NCBI GenBank assembly: GCA_048213135.1
Contig: PS015388.1
Location: forward strand, 1-64,000
Direction: 5' to 3'
DNA: 64,000 bases
Source of the DNA: Reclinomonas americana ATCC 50394
Lineage: Eukaryota
The notes beneath the pieces are model-generated. The model did not search any database and was not told the origin of the DNA. It saw only the letters and a list, made by a program, of their open reading frames with translations. A program made the position numbers and the translations under genes. This document shows, piece after piece, positions 14,201 to 30,301 of this stretch. Positions within the stretch are counted from its first letter, which is position 1, and every line of letters starts with the position of its first letter.

Positions 14201-16531
14201 ACTCGGTGTGCTTGGTGGCCGTGCTGCTCCTTGTGGCGGTGATGATGTCGCGCGGCTGGTCGCAAGTGGATCGCTCCGATCGGCGCGTGTTTGAGGAGTT
14301 TGGCAAGGAGATTCTGCGACCGCTGCCGCACGGCGCGCTGCTGATCATCTCCGGCGACCAGGCCACCAACTCGGTGCGCTACGTGTACTCGGTGCTCGGC
14401 TACCGGCGCGACGTGCGCATTGTCGACGCCCACCTCATGGTGTGCTCGTGGTGGATTCCGGCCATGGCCGCGCACACTCCGGGAGTGGTCTATCCCGGCT
14501 ACTACATGGACGAGCAGCGACGCACACCCGGGTCGTACACGCTGCGCGAGTTCATCAACGCCAACATCGACAATCAGGCGGTGTATGTCATGATTGGGCA
14601 GAAGCAGATTTGGGATGGTGAGGGAGAGGGAAAAGGGAAAGGGTGTAGTGAGGAGAAGTGAGACTGATTACGTTGTTGTTGTTGCTGCAGATCCCGTTTT
14701 CAACGATGGACAGTTTGCGTTGTTGCCGACGGGGTTGGCGCGTCGAGCGGTGCGTGGGACGACGCAGGTGGATCCGCTGCAGTTTGTAGTGGATTACAAG
14801 GTAGGATATGGGGAAAGGAGGAGGGAGGGAGAAGGGGAAGGAGAGGGAGGGGGAGGGGAAGGGGAAGGGGAGAAGAAGGGGAAGCAAAAGGGGAAAGGAA
14901 GGAGAGGGAAATGGAGAGGGAGAAGGAAATGTGCTGAAAGAGGAAACGGGGGAAAGAATATTGGTGGTAAGATGTTGCAGCATGAGGGAGAAGGGTGGAA
15001 GAGTGGTCGACGGCGGGCGAGTGAGAAGGAATTCGGAGGGGAAGCGTTGGGCGAGCCTCTATGGATCCTGAATAGTGTGTTACTTTGTGAGTGACAGACA
15101 ATGTTGTTGGCAGTCTTTCTTGGCGATGACGCCTGTTCATTCAGCACGGACTCTGGAGTTATTTGTGGGAGTGAAGCTGTTAGGGAGGGAGGGAGAGAGA
15201 GAGAGAGAGAGAGAGAAAGGCAGCTGCCTTTCCTGTCACGATCAGTCTGCACGCAAGTTGCATGCATCAGAGCAGTGTGCCACTTGGGCGACAAAGAGAG
15301 AAGGAGAGTGCGAGAGATTGGCATCCAAACCATGATTCTGACATATCTTCCTTTTTTGTCTCCCTCTCCTCGCAGGACTCCTTCCGCGTCGAAGGCACCG
15401 GTCTGATGCTGGCGGAGAGCATCGCGCCAGTGGGTTCATGGGAGGCGTGGGTGCGCCAGAACGTCATTTTCCCGTTCTCCGCCCACTGCAATTACATTTC
15501 CATGGTTTGTAAGGAGACAGGTTGCATTCTCTCTCCTTTTCTTGTGCCCGTCCAGAGAGAGAATCGCACTCGTTCGGAAAGCTGGCAGGGAACGGGGAAA
15601 AAGAAAGAGAGAGAGAAAGACAGAGAAAGTCAGAGAGACAGAAAGAGAGAGAGAGAGAGAAAGTCGCTTCTGAGAAGAGAGGAGAAGAGAATGAGGGTTA
15701 CTGAGAGTGAGGCGAAGGTGAAGAGAGAAATCAAAACTGGGCAAAAAGACGGGCATGTGTGATAGACATGCTGTCTGGAGAACAGAAGAGGAAGGCAGAC
15801 GTTATGAGACCTACATTCTGAGAGCAAGTGTGCTGCAGTGAGACAGAAGCAAGACGCGAGTACCTGAGACAAGTGACGAAAGAGGGAGCGAGACAAATAT
15901 CACAGACCTATTGTGTTCTGCAGAGAAGAAGTCGCAGTAGCGAGATTCCTCTTGATTGAGGAAGCCAATACTGAGAGCAACGAGAAGCCGAGTAAGAGGC
16001 AGCTTCATTACTTTCTTTTCCACGTCTCCTTCATCTCCCTCGCTCATCTTCCTCTTCAGTGAGACGCAGAACTGACATTTAGCGCTCTCGCTTCCCTTCT
16101 CCTTTCTCGCTCATCTCCTTCCTTGTCCCCCGGTGCAGCTCCTCCACAAACTGCCACCCTCCCACCGCCGCACCGAGGCCCTGGCGCTGGCCATTACGCA
16201 GTTCGAGCGCCTCACAACGATGCTGGCCATGGACCCCGTGGAGCTCGGTCAGTTCCCGTTCGGCACGCAGCGCGAACTCGGTCTGCTCTATCTCGACGTC
16301 TACAACAACGCCGTGGCGCTGCTGCCGGTGGAGAATGACGTCACGGCGCCACCGACATGGAATGTCGCCATGCGACAGTCGGTCATGTCGCACTCGGCCA
16401 CACAGGCGCACAAGCGGTTGACGGACTACATTGCCGCACTGCCGGTCTACAATCGCTTCGACAACATGCAGCCGGAGCTGGAGGATTATGTGAAGCAGTT
16501 GAAGGTTGTGTTGCAGACGACGGGTCAGTGA
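10639..16531 (+). CDS. TMEM260: TMEM260/DUF2723-family multi-pass membrane protein (protein O-mannosyltransferase-like)
   Basis: The spliced model contains the family motifs YPTIAGGDSGEL, LGVAHPPGYPL, AEVFTLNNLF, LTNQHT, PYVYIP, TWDGFLFHLLRRDYGT and LP..ALLIISGD..NSVRY..RRDV. It has 9 exons with GT-AG introns. Confidence 0.9.
11379..11960. repeat. Intronic minisatellite (about 18-bp unit GCTCTTCTC(G/A)TGCACATC-like)
   Basis: Many degenerate copies inside TMEM260 intron 1. They generate spurious long ORFs. Confidence 0.8.
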
Positions 16532-16752
16532 CGAAGAGAAGGGGGATGAGAGAGAGAGAGAGGAACTAGTGAACATGTTGCTTGAAAATCAGTCATTTGC
16601 TGTTTCCGCCGGACAGACAGGTTCATCTGTTCTCGTCAGACTGTCTTGTTTTTTCGTCAAGTTCTCCTCGCTGCGACGGTGCTCTCCGCGCTGACGTGTG
16701 TGTTCCATCGTGATGGAGCCATCTGACAAGGTAGCGAGAGTCTTGTGATGTG

Positions 16753-16801
<49 letters not shown>

Positions 16802-17295
16802 GTGTTGTGTTGTGTTGTGTTGTGATGTGCTCNNNNNNNNNNNNNNNNNNNNNNNNNNNNNNNNNNNNNNNNNNNNNNNNNNNNNNNNNNNNNNNNNNNN
16901 NNNNNNNNNNNNNNNNNNNNNNNNNNNNNNNNNNNNNNNNNNNNNNNNNNNNNNNNNNNNNNNNNNNNNNNNNNNNNNNNNNNNNNNNNNNNNNNNNNNN
17001 NNNNNNNNNNNNNNNNNNNNNNNNNNNNNNNNNNNNNNNNNNNNNNNNNNNNNNNNNNNNNNNNNNNNNNNNNNNNNNNNNNNNNNNNNNNNNNNNNNNN
17101 NNNNNNNNNNNNNNNNNNNNNNNNNNNNNNNNNNNNNNNNNNNNNNNNNNNNNNNNNNNNNNNNNNNNNNNNNNNNNNNNNNNNNNNNNNNNNNNNNNNN
17201 NNNNNNNNNNNNNNNNNNNNNNNNNNNNNNNNNNNNNNNNNNNNNNNNNNNNNNNNNNNNNNNNNNNNNNACTACTACTACTACTACTACTACTA

Positions 17296-17425
<130 letters not shown>

Positions 17426-17515
17426 TGAGAGAGAGAGAGAGAGAGAGAAACAAGGAGAGGCAGCTTCTTCGCCTTTCTTGTGCTACCTCCTTACTCCATT
17501 CTTCTCGGTGCACAG

Positions 17516-20093
<2,578 letters not shown>

Positions 20094-20504
20094 AGGCCAC
20101 TCCGCTGCAAGTTGGTGCACTGTTGTGGAATCTCAGACGATGCGGACAAGTGTTTCAGTCTCACTTCGCCGCTTCACCGACCTCGATGTTCGCTCTGAGC
20201 CAGGCAGGAGGGAGACGGGACGACAGTTGTTCATTGATGTAATTCTCTGTGGTCTGCACATGCACTCAGAAGTGTAGATCTTGCAATTGTGCACAACGAA
20301 TCGTATATTTTGTTCTTTGACGACACCATAAGGGTTGAGCCTACAGCGTCCCTGTAAAACCCTGTGCGCTTGACGGCACGCCCCAACCACACAGTGTCAG
20401 ATTTGTCTTGAATCATTGCTGCGCGAATTATAACCTGTCATTCTTCTTGTCCGCCTTGTCTGTCTGTCGCATTTCTTACTGCTGAACGATCGCGAGAGCG
20501 CTGG

Positions 20505-20617
20505 ATGGGTAACACATGCTGTGTGACGAAAGGCAGCCGCTCGGCGGCTTTGCGTCACAAGCTGAAGCACTACACGCCATTCTCGGTGATTGCGCATGCC
20601 ATCACGAATCTGTCTGC

Positions 20618-20686
<69 letters not shown>

Positions 20687-22416
20687 GGTGCGCATCGCAG
20701 GGTGTGTGGAAATGATGATGTTCTGTGTGCGTGCGTTGTGAGCAGTGAAAAGCGCTGCGCGTCGCCGCTCGCGCGCGCAGCCATGTCCATGTCCGCCTTC
20801 TCGTTTCCAGGCCAACAAGCCTTCTTCCTCACTCTCCTGCTGCAACACAGGGCGACTACGACAATGAAGGGATCTGGAATGCTCCTCGCGCCCTTGCTAC
20901 CATAATTCCGACAGTCAACATTTTCGTGATGGGGGTGAGTCGTTCGCGCACGCTGCTATTGATATCCCACAGTGACGGCCGAGCGTTCTCTTTGTATGCG
21001 AGGTTGACTTTGACTCGATGTTTTCTGTGAATTTGCAACTTACTGAAGTGTTCTTGTATCGATATCCGGACCGCACCCTCAGCGCCCTGGTTCTGGTATG
21101 TGCAACAGTTTTGCCACGAACTGACATAGGCTGTGTCAGCTGTTCCTCGCCTGACTTACTGTTGTGCCACTCACACAGGAAAGTCGACACTTATCAACAA
21201 TTTCTTCAAAGCGTTGGAGCCAACTCTTGCGCGACCTGTCGCCAATGAATATCCGTGCGTAAGTGTATGTGCAATGCAGTACTCGTTTCTGTTGACCATT
21301 CTCCCACTCAATCACATCACTGTGCTCTCACAGACAAGGCCAAGATGGCACCGGTGTTGCGTACCGTTGCTCAATGTTGCAGTTTCCACTGACTGTTCGA
21401 TCTTATGCATGGTTTGTCGTCTGCAGCCCTTGATTGGTTACTCACGCAATTACTCGTTCAAACTTTTCGACACGCGAGGAGCAGGTACATAAGCGCGAGC
21501 GTAACAGCAGCAGTTGCAGCTGCAGTACTATAAGTATGAATTCTCATGTTTGGTGCCGTGTGAACGTTTTTGGTGCATTTCGTGCAGTCGAGCCTACGGT
21601 CGCGTTGGCTGTGCTTGAGGGTCGATGCCCGGAATTCTTTGAGGTTCCGCAGCGCGAAACAGATATTGTGCAGCGGGATCCTGCAAACATCGCACAGCAG
21701 GTTTATAAATTTGTATCCTGTCGCACCTGAGCAAACATTTATGTAACTGCGACTACAGATGCACGCCTGCATTTTCGTGTGCAACGTCGCCGACACAACG
21801 GCCATCGAAACATTCCGGGAGACCATGAGAGAAATCAAGAGACGTGGTGCGCATACGTTCGCTGCGCTGTGCGCGCTACTTGTTTGTATTGTCTGTACAT
21901 GTTAGTTGCAATCTCACAATAGCTGCTTTGATCTTTCTCTTTTCGGACTGCAGGCCTCGCCGCAGTCCTCATTTTGACTGAACGAACCGGCCCGAGAGGC
22001 GAGGCGGAGGTTCGAATGCAAGATCGTGAGATTGCAAGAGCAGCTGCCCAGGGTGCTATCGGCGGAGCAGTGCACTTGTGCTACGAGGTTGATACTGTTC
22101 CAGCGACGCGCCTGAGCAGAGTTGCGTTGTGTTCTCCAGTGCGCGCAGCGTGCACGCCGAGTGTCTCACAATCAATGCGCGCGTGATGCTTCATGATCAG
22201 CTTGGCACGGACCGATCACTACGGCTGTTGGAAATCCTGGATGCGACTCTGGAGCAAGCGGAGCGGTACTGCTGGATGATGCATCAGCGTGGCCAAATCG
22301 CTAACCAGGTGCCAATTCCTGGTGTACCTGTTCCATATCGCCAATCTGGAGGTCGTGGTGCCAGTGGCAACGTCGGTGGTAATCTGGATGACTGGAACCG
22401 GCAGGACCGAGTGTAG
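20505..22416 (+). CDS. IFI44-like P-loop GTPase with N-terminal MGxxCC acylation motif
   Basis: Spliced model MGNTCC..LKHYTP..NIFVMGRPGSGKSTLIN (G1)..FKLFDTRG (G3)..VLEGRCPE..MHACIFV..VLILT..LEILDATLEQAE. This follows the motif order of the IFI44 GTPase domain. Confidence 0.65.
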
Positions 22417-22579
22417 TCTCTTGCAGCAATTGTAGCACGTGCACGAATTGAGCGGCAGACTTTCCTTTTGTTCTGATTTCTGTTGCACTACATACTGCTC
22501 GAAATATAGATATATTCACGAAGGGTTATGACAAAAAATACTCTCCACAGACAGTTGCGCCTGCACGTTGCCGGCAAAT

Positions 22580-22908
22580 TCACGCGGACTCTTGAAAAAA
22601 CGTGCGCGATCCATACTGGACACCAGTGTCGAAACTCGACACGGGAACAAGACAGAGTGGGCAACAGCCCCTCGCCTCGAGAATTGGCTGTGCACATAAA
22701 TGACAGAGAATCTGGTGGTCACACGGACGAAGCACCGTGTCGCGCAGACCGTCGCACAAAATGCAAGCCCGTCGACATCCAATGGAGACCAGCTCGCACA
22801 GGCTTGCAACCATATCGTCGGTCGACGGCCTCTGTGTGTGATCCACACAAATACATCTGCTCGAGAACAATAAGTGTGATAGTAGCCGTGCGTATGCACA
22901 AAGGGACA

Positions 22909-22947
<39 letters not shown>

Positions 22948-25900
22948 AAAGAGGGGGACGATTACAGATCTACAACAGTAACGGGGTCGACGCGCGTATG
23001 CTCCCTCTGCCTGTCCAACCGAAGCACTCACCGCAATCCGAGCTGAACAATCTGTTCGCACAATGGAGTTGGCCAAACTCTGTTGACACGCGAATCCGCC
23101 AGCTGCACCGCGGCAGCCGCAAGCGCTTCAGCATTGGCGGGTTGCAGTTGCAGCCTTCGCAGAACCTCGATTTGGGCGTGAAGATCCAGGATGGGCAACC
23201 CAGAGTAAACTTGCAGAAGTATCAAGCCAAGAGAATACACATCGGCGCTCGGTCTCAGTATTCCTCGCAACGCGTCAACATCCACATATTGAAAGTCGCC
23301 GCCGATAGATGACACCATAAGATGGGACTGTATACAGAGCACAACTAACTATAATGACCTCGCAGGTGGAAGGGGAGATATCACAGTCAAGACTCAAAGT
23401 GTATCACACCTCGTCAGTGTGGAACCAGTGAGCCACTCCGAGATCAGCAATCAGTGCCTGCCCAGCGTGGTCGAAGAGGATGTTCGATGGCTTCAAGTCC
23501 CGATGAATTACTGCAGCAGAATGAAAGTGAGCTGCAAGCACTCACGAGGACAGCACAAGCATGCACCCACCGGACTGCGAAAACAAAGGAAAATCAATTA
23601 TTGAGGAGCTCCACTACGACAATGTACAGCACAGCGATCCCACCCCAATAATACCGTTTTATGCAGCGAGGAGACAACTTCCGCGCACCGCAGCATACTC
23701 GACAGTCTCTCCTCGATGGTCAATGGCGGCAACCCACATTTGTCGAACTCCAGTAGGCGGCGATCTAGTGAGACATCTCTGCACGCGAGAGTACGAAAGG
23801 GATGGGTTCAATCTCAAGATGCCATGCGAAACAACTGCAGAGATCTAGGGGACAAACAGCCAAAGTTGACAGCAAAGCGATTGCTTTCTGCCGAGAGAGA
23901 GAGAGAGAGAGAAAGAAAGAAAAAAGAATGAAAGACGTGCGATGTACACCAGAGTGAGCGCGCGAGTGCCTATATCCACTGCTTCGCTTCAGATCACTGG
24001 CAGACCAAGAGTCGCGCTCCACTTACCTCGCACGCTCCAACACCAAACACCTCTTCCCATCGTCCGTTTGCGCAAACCCTACCATCTGAACTACTCCTGG
24101 AACCGACACCGTCTTGAGTTTCTCAAGCTGCAGTGGACAAAAATGGGACAACCTACAGGCGAGAGCCTAGTCTAAACATCTCCGCATTGCGCACCTCGTT
24201 TGTGAACGACTGAATGCACCATGGAGCCGCCTCGTCAAATTTTTTGACGGCCACATCCTGATTCATCCACTTGCCAGCGTAAACTGCAGCTTGACCGCCA
24301 CTCCCAAGCAAGTGTGCGAAATCGTCGGTCATGGTTCGCACTTGCTCCCAACTGAAGACCTTCAGTGTCCCTGAATACGTGGGAGAGACAAAGATGAAGA
24401 ATGAAATCATTTCGCAAACAGCAAGAAAAACGAAACCTCGTTCAGCCAGTTGTTGCTGCAGTTTCGCAACATCCGCGGCGAGCTGGTGCGCGCGGTCGCG
24501 CTCGCGCTGCCACTTGTCGTCCATGTATTGTAGAGCGAGTCGAAGATTCGCCACTTGGTCCATTGCGACACGTTGTTGAGTGTGCGCAAATGTGACGGCC
24601 CACGAGAGTTGGGAGACAGCAGTCTGCTTCGCTGCCACGTCGTCTAGTGCCTGTTGCAGCCGACGACGCCACTCTCGGTCGCTTCTGAGAGCTTCAAGCT
24701 GGTGTTCTCGTACCGTATCTTGCAGCTCCTTCACCTGCTCCCGCGCAGCAGCGAGCTCTTCTGTAAGTCGCGAACCTATCTCGCGTTGAAGCTGGGAGTG
24801 CGCTTCTCTCTCCGCGCGTCCGTTTTCGACCTCGCGTCGCATCTCGGCACACGCACTCTCCCTTTTTTCACACTGGGCACGCAAAGCCACGGCAGCCAGC
24901 CTGTGCTCTTGAGCTTCCGCCCGTGCATCCTCGAGCTGTTTTTCAAGATTGCAGATTGCACTCCTGTGCTCATCTACCATCCGGGCTTGTTGTTCGTCGA
25001 GCTGGCTCCGCAGCGCGAGGATGGTTGCTTTAAGCACACCAATATCGTCTCCGAAGGCCACAGGCGAACGCAGTGGCTGTGTTGTGAGGCGCATGAGGAC
25101 AACAAGCTTGATGTCAGACACATCCACACGCACACACACACATACAGTACATACACACACGCACACACGCACACATACACATACACACGCACACATACAC
25201 ATACACACACCGACAACGCTGCGATGCCCGCAGTGAGAACAACAACAAAACGCAAGCAAATGTCAGTGCAGTCGCCTGATACAGAGCAACAATGCGCTCG
25301 TACCTGAACGCTGCACCGACTGCGCTTGCAGCTCCGTACGCTGAATCAGCGCACCAACTTCAAACTTCTGGCGATCGATGGCCAACTGTGCTGCGGTGAC
25401 GCCCCGCGCCGTCTGCACACTCAACAGCTCCGGTACATGCTGCAGGAGACACCTTACGACGAGTTCGTGGCCATTATGGGCCGCGTGATGCAGCGCAGTG
25501 CACCCAGACACCGTATCGCACGCGAGACGCGAATCAGGCGGACAGCGATCCGGTTCCTGCTCATCCAGCAACCACTGCACGACTCGCAACTGGCCAAAAT
25601 GCGCCGCCTCCATGAGCGGTGTGGAACCGGTATACGTGTGCAGTTGCGCCAAGCGCGCACCAGTGCCACTCGGCTCCTCCCACAAGTACTCCAGCACATC
25701 CAGCTTGCCGCAACGCGCAGCACAACAAAACGCCGATGCACCAGTCGCGTCCATTTCCTCACGTCGCAGCAGTAAATCCGCTCCCTCTCTCTCAATGCGC
25801 TCACGCAGAGAAGTCAGATTGCCGGCGGCCGCCAGTTGCCATGCGCTGCCTTGTCCGCCACTGTGTTTGTTTTTTTTTTGAACACAAAAGGGCAATGATG

Positions 25901-25958
25901 CAGTGAGACGCGAAGAGCGGTCAGGGAGGAAGAAACGAAACATCTCGCCTCACCTCAT
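22580..25958 (-). CDS. Ankyrin repeats - coiled coil - Pelle/RLK-like (TKL) protein kinase - C3HC4 RING
   Basis: Ankyrin motifs [21 protein letters not shown] and [21 protein letters not shown]. Kinase motifs [43 protein letters not shown] and DVYSLG. RING CILC..LRPCDH..CHLCA..CPLC. The ankyrin and kinase parts join in frame through an 8-nt exon at 25211-25218 (inferred). Confidence 0.75.
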
Positions 25959-26359
25959 CGTTATTGCTGGCAGGCAACAAAAGCACAGACGGAGGAACGG
26001 TCGACGGAAGAAAAAATGTCCTGCCATCTCAACACGACGTCGACCTCAGACGTTACGATGCAGCTGGCGCCATAAACCACAGTGCTCTAATCCACCGCGT
26101 CATGAATATCTTATTAAAGGGCAGCTGCTCTTGCATTCAAACCAATCAATTCACATTGCGCTCGACGTCGCGACCGAGTTCAGTAACGGCCAGCAGGACA
26201 CCTTTGACAATCACTCTCACAGAGACGCAGAGAGAGACGCAAAGAGGCAGTGTGACAGAGAGAGAAAGAGAGAGCTCTCCTCTCACTGCCCTGAACACAA
26301 CCACTGACAGACAGAGACAACAACAACAAACTCAATCAATCATTCCTCTCTCTCAGCAA

Positions 26360-27252
26360 ATGAGCAGTGAGACAACTCCAATGCCTGGAGGAGGCGGAGG
26401 CGGAGGCGGAGGAGGGCAAGAGGCCATCTCTGCTGCATCAGTGGGCGCACAAGCACAAGCAGCAGCAGCGTCGAGTGTAGGTGATGCAGTGCAAGTGGCG
26501 ATCAGAGTTGCGTGAGAGAGAGAGAGAGAGAGTGAGCGAGAGAGTGTGTGTGAGTGTGAGTGAGTGTGTGAGAGAGAGAGAGAGAGTGAGAGTGAGTGAC
26601 TTGTCTCTTCTCATTGAGGGTTTTCTGTGTGTGTTTTGTGTGTGTTTTGTGTGTGTGTGTGTGTGTGTGTTATTGACGTTTTGTGAGAGATTTCTTTGTG
26701 TCTTGTGTGAGAGGAGAAGGTGATCAGTGGAGTTGTGTGTGAGAGAGTGTGTCTCTTGTGTGTGAGAGGAGCTCGTGTGTTTTTTTGTGAGTGTCAGTTG
26801 TCACTGTGTGTGATATTCGTGTGTGTAACTCGTGGGATGTTTGATTCGTGAGTGTGTGTGTGTTTTGTGTGTGTGAGAGAGAGTGATGGGTTTGTGTGAG
26901 AGCAAGCGGGTGTGTGTGTTTGTTTGTCAAAGCGAGTTGTCATGGTCGCATTCGTTCATCTCCTTGTCTCTCTTGGCGATCTCGATGTGCTTGGCCGTCT
27001 TTTCGATACACACTGTCTCTCTGTATATCAGAGCAATTGCGCACTTCACGCGACGAACACAGTGTACATGCCTGTCTGCTATTGTAGCCTCCGAATATCT
27101 GTATCTTTGCTCTCTCTCTCTCTCTCGCATCTTTTGTTGCCGCCCTGTGCTTTCTGTGCGTCGCTATCTCTTTGTACCCATGTGCCGTCTCTTGGCATGC
27201 TGTATCTTTGTCTCTCTCTCTCTCTCTCTCTCNNNNNNNNNNNNNNNNNNNN

Positions 27253-27308
<56 letters not shown>

Positions 27309-27352
27309 CTCGTTCGTTCGTCCGTCCGTTCGTTCGTTCGTTCGTCGTCGTC

Positions 27353-27422
<70 letters not shown>

Positions 27423-30259
27423 GAAACGATTGCCGCCTCTCTTGACTTGCTGTCAGTCTCAACCAGTTCGCTATTGTCGCCTGCCCTGTTTCTGTATCTT
27501 TGCACTCACGCTCCTCCTTGTCTCGCCCCTCTTCACTCTCTGTCACTCTCTACTCGTGTGCTATTGTCGCCACTTGACCAGCCCTCTTCGCTCTCTGTCC
27601 ATCAGCTGTTGTCGCCCACTGTTTCTGTTTGCTTCGACTCACGCTCCTCCATCTCCCCCCTCCCTTGCTTCTCCTCTGGGAGTCAACTAATGAGTGCTTT
27701 GCCTAGTCTCCTGCTTCACCCTGGATATCGCTTTGCACTCCCCTGAGATCTTGTCCTTCCTTTTCACTTTGCTCATTCCGCTCTGTCCCCTTTACCTTCC
27801 CCTTTCCCTTTCTCACCTCCCCCACCCCTCCAGGTCCGCCCCCTGATCGCGAAGGAGCGCCTCGAGAAGAGCGGCGAGTGCGTGGAAGTCATCAGCCGCG
27901 CACAGCTGTCCATTGGACGCACCCGGCACTTCACATTCGACAATGTCTACGGCCAGCAGTGCATGCAGGTAATGGCCATGCAACCGCTCTCCTGTCTCTT
28001 CACGATTCTCATCACCTTCCCACCCGCAGAGCGAAATCTTCCACAAGTCCGTGGTCCCGCTGCTGGACAGCTTCTTCCAGGGCTACAACGCCACCGTGTT
28101 CGCCTACGGCCAGACGGGCTCCGGCAAGACGCACACAATGGGCACGGAGAACTTTGCCGACGATGTGCACGCCGACCGCGATCACGGCATCATTCCGCGC
28201 CTCATTCGGCACCTGTTTGAGAAGATTCAGGTGTGGCTTCCGGTTCACGATGTCCTCGCTTGCTATTAACTCACTCTGCATGGGGTGTGCGCCGAGCAGG
28301 ACAGGAGCGGGTACGCCGAACTCATGCTCCGTGTGTCGTACTTGGAGATCTACAATGAGGAGATCAAGGTGATTGCACGGGCTTGAAGACCGGTTTCACA
28401 GCGCCTCGTTGTCTTGTCATTGCCTCTCCCTTCCTCCTCTCTACCCGCCTGCTGTGCACCCTCGCTGTCAGCTTGATTCAAGCTCGCACCTTTGCTTATC
28501 TCATCCTCTTTCTTTCTGTCCTTCCCTTCCCTCTCCTCCCCCTCCCCTTGCCTTCCTTCCTTTCCCCTTCCCTCCATCCCCCCTTCCCCCCTCCCTTCCC
28601 CTATTCACCCCCTTCTCTCTCTCTCCCAGGACCTCCTTGAACCCTCCACCGACTCCAAAAACATCCACGTGCGGGAGGACGCCGACGGCGGCATCATCGT
28701 CTCCGGCGTGAAGGAGGAGACGGTGCAGTCGTTCGACGACATGATTTCGTTGCGTGGCGAGAAGTCTTAAGAGGGAAGTCAGAGAGCCACTCCGCTCACC
28801 CTCTTTCTTCTCCTTCAAAGATGCCTCCAACGAGGTACTCTGTGTCGCACGACGGGCGCCACACTGATGAACGAATCGTCGTCACGATCGCACTCCATTT
28901 TCACCATTGTCCTGGAGCAAAAGGTGCTGCCGGCGGCGACCGCCTCCGCCGCCGCCGCAGCAGCCCCCGAGTCATCCACTCCCGAGTACTTCCTCTCCAA
29001 GTTCCACCTGGTCGACTTGGCAGGCTCCGAGCGCAACAAGCGCACAGGTGCCGTCGGTGTGCGCTTCAAGGAGAGCGTCACGATCAACTGCGGCCTGCTG
29101 GCCTTGTCAAAGGTCTGTCTCTACCATTGATTGCTTTGACATTCATTCACCACACTCATCTCTTGCCTTCTGGTTGCAGGTGATCTCCGCCCTCGGCGAC
29201 ACGGAGAAGAGACGAGGCGGGGGTCCATTGCACGTGCCGTATCGCGAGAGCAAGTTGACGCGTCTGTTGCAGGACTCGCTGGGCGGCAACAGCAGGACGG
29301 TGAGTTTGGGAAAGGGGAAGAGATAGAGAGAGAGGGAGAGAGAGGGAGAAAAAGAGAGTGATAGAGAGACAGAAAGAGAAGAAAGAGAATCAGTCTCCCT
29401 CTCTCATCAAGAAAGAAAAGAGAGAAAATCAGTCTCTCTCTCACTCATCAAGAAAAAGAGGGAAAAATCAGTCTCTTTCTCACTCATCAAGAATGAGAAG
29501 AAAGTTAATCAGTCTCTCTCACTCATCAAGAAAGAGAGGAAAGAAAACCAGTCTCTCTCTCTCACACTCATCAAGAAAGAAAAGGAAGAAAATCAGTCTC
29601 TCCCATCAAGAAGAGAAGAAAGAAGTCGGTCTCTCATCAAGAAAGAGAAGAAAAACAATCAGTCTCTCCTCTCTCATCAAGAAAGAAAAGAAAGAAAATC
29701 AGTCTCTCTCCTCTCTCATCAAGAAAGAGAAGGAAGAAGACCAGCCTCTCTCTCACTTATCAAGAAAGAGAAGAGAAAAATCAGTCTGTCTCATCAAGAA
29801 GAGAAGAAAGAAAAGCAGTCTCTCTCTCATCAATAAAGAGAAGAAAGAGAAAGAGAGGGACAGAGAGCGTGAGACGCACACACAGAAAGAGACTGAGAGT
29901 GCTTTCTCATCGCCTACTTGTCTCCTATTCTACGTCCGTCTCTTCTCCTTGCAATTCTCCTTGAAATTCTTGCTTCTTTTCTCACCTTCACCTGCGCAGT
30001 TGATGATCGCCTGCGTCAGCCCCGCCGAGTCCAACTTTGAGGAGACTCTCAACACGCTCAAGTACGCCAATCGAGCCAAGAACATCCGCAACAAGCCAGT
30101 GGTGAACCGCGACCCGCACTCCGCCATGCTGGCGCAGCTGAGGCAGGAGATTCAGGTGCGACGTGTATCACTTGCACGCACACGCGTACACACTCGCTGC
30201 TACACTAAAGCCGACACATCCCACATGGAGACAACTCCATCTCATTCACTCACCCCTTT

Positions 30260-30301
<42 letters not shown>

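Noticed and set aside
21245-21725. U12-type donors (ATATCC at about 21249, GTATCC at about 21713)
   Set aside because: They lack the full RTATCCTT motif, and ordinary GT donors nearby already give the conserved frame.
26500-28830. Non-GT (TT-AG) introns as an explanation for the GTTGCG donors
   Set aside because: Cutting one base later breaks the conserved frame (for example at 28749 and 60336), so GT remains the intron start.
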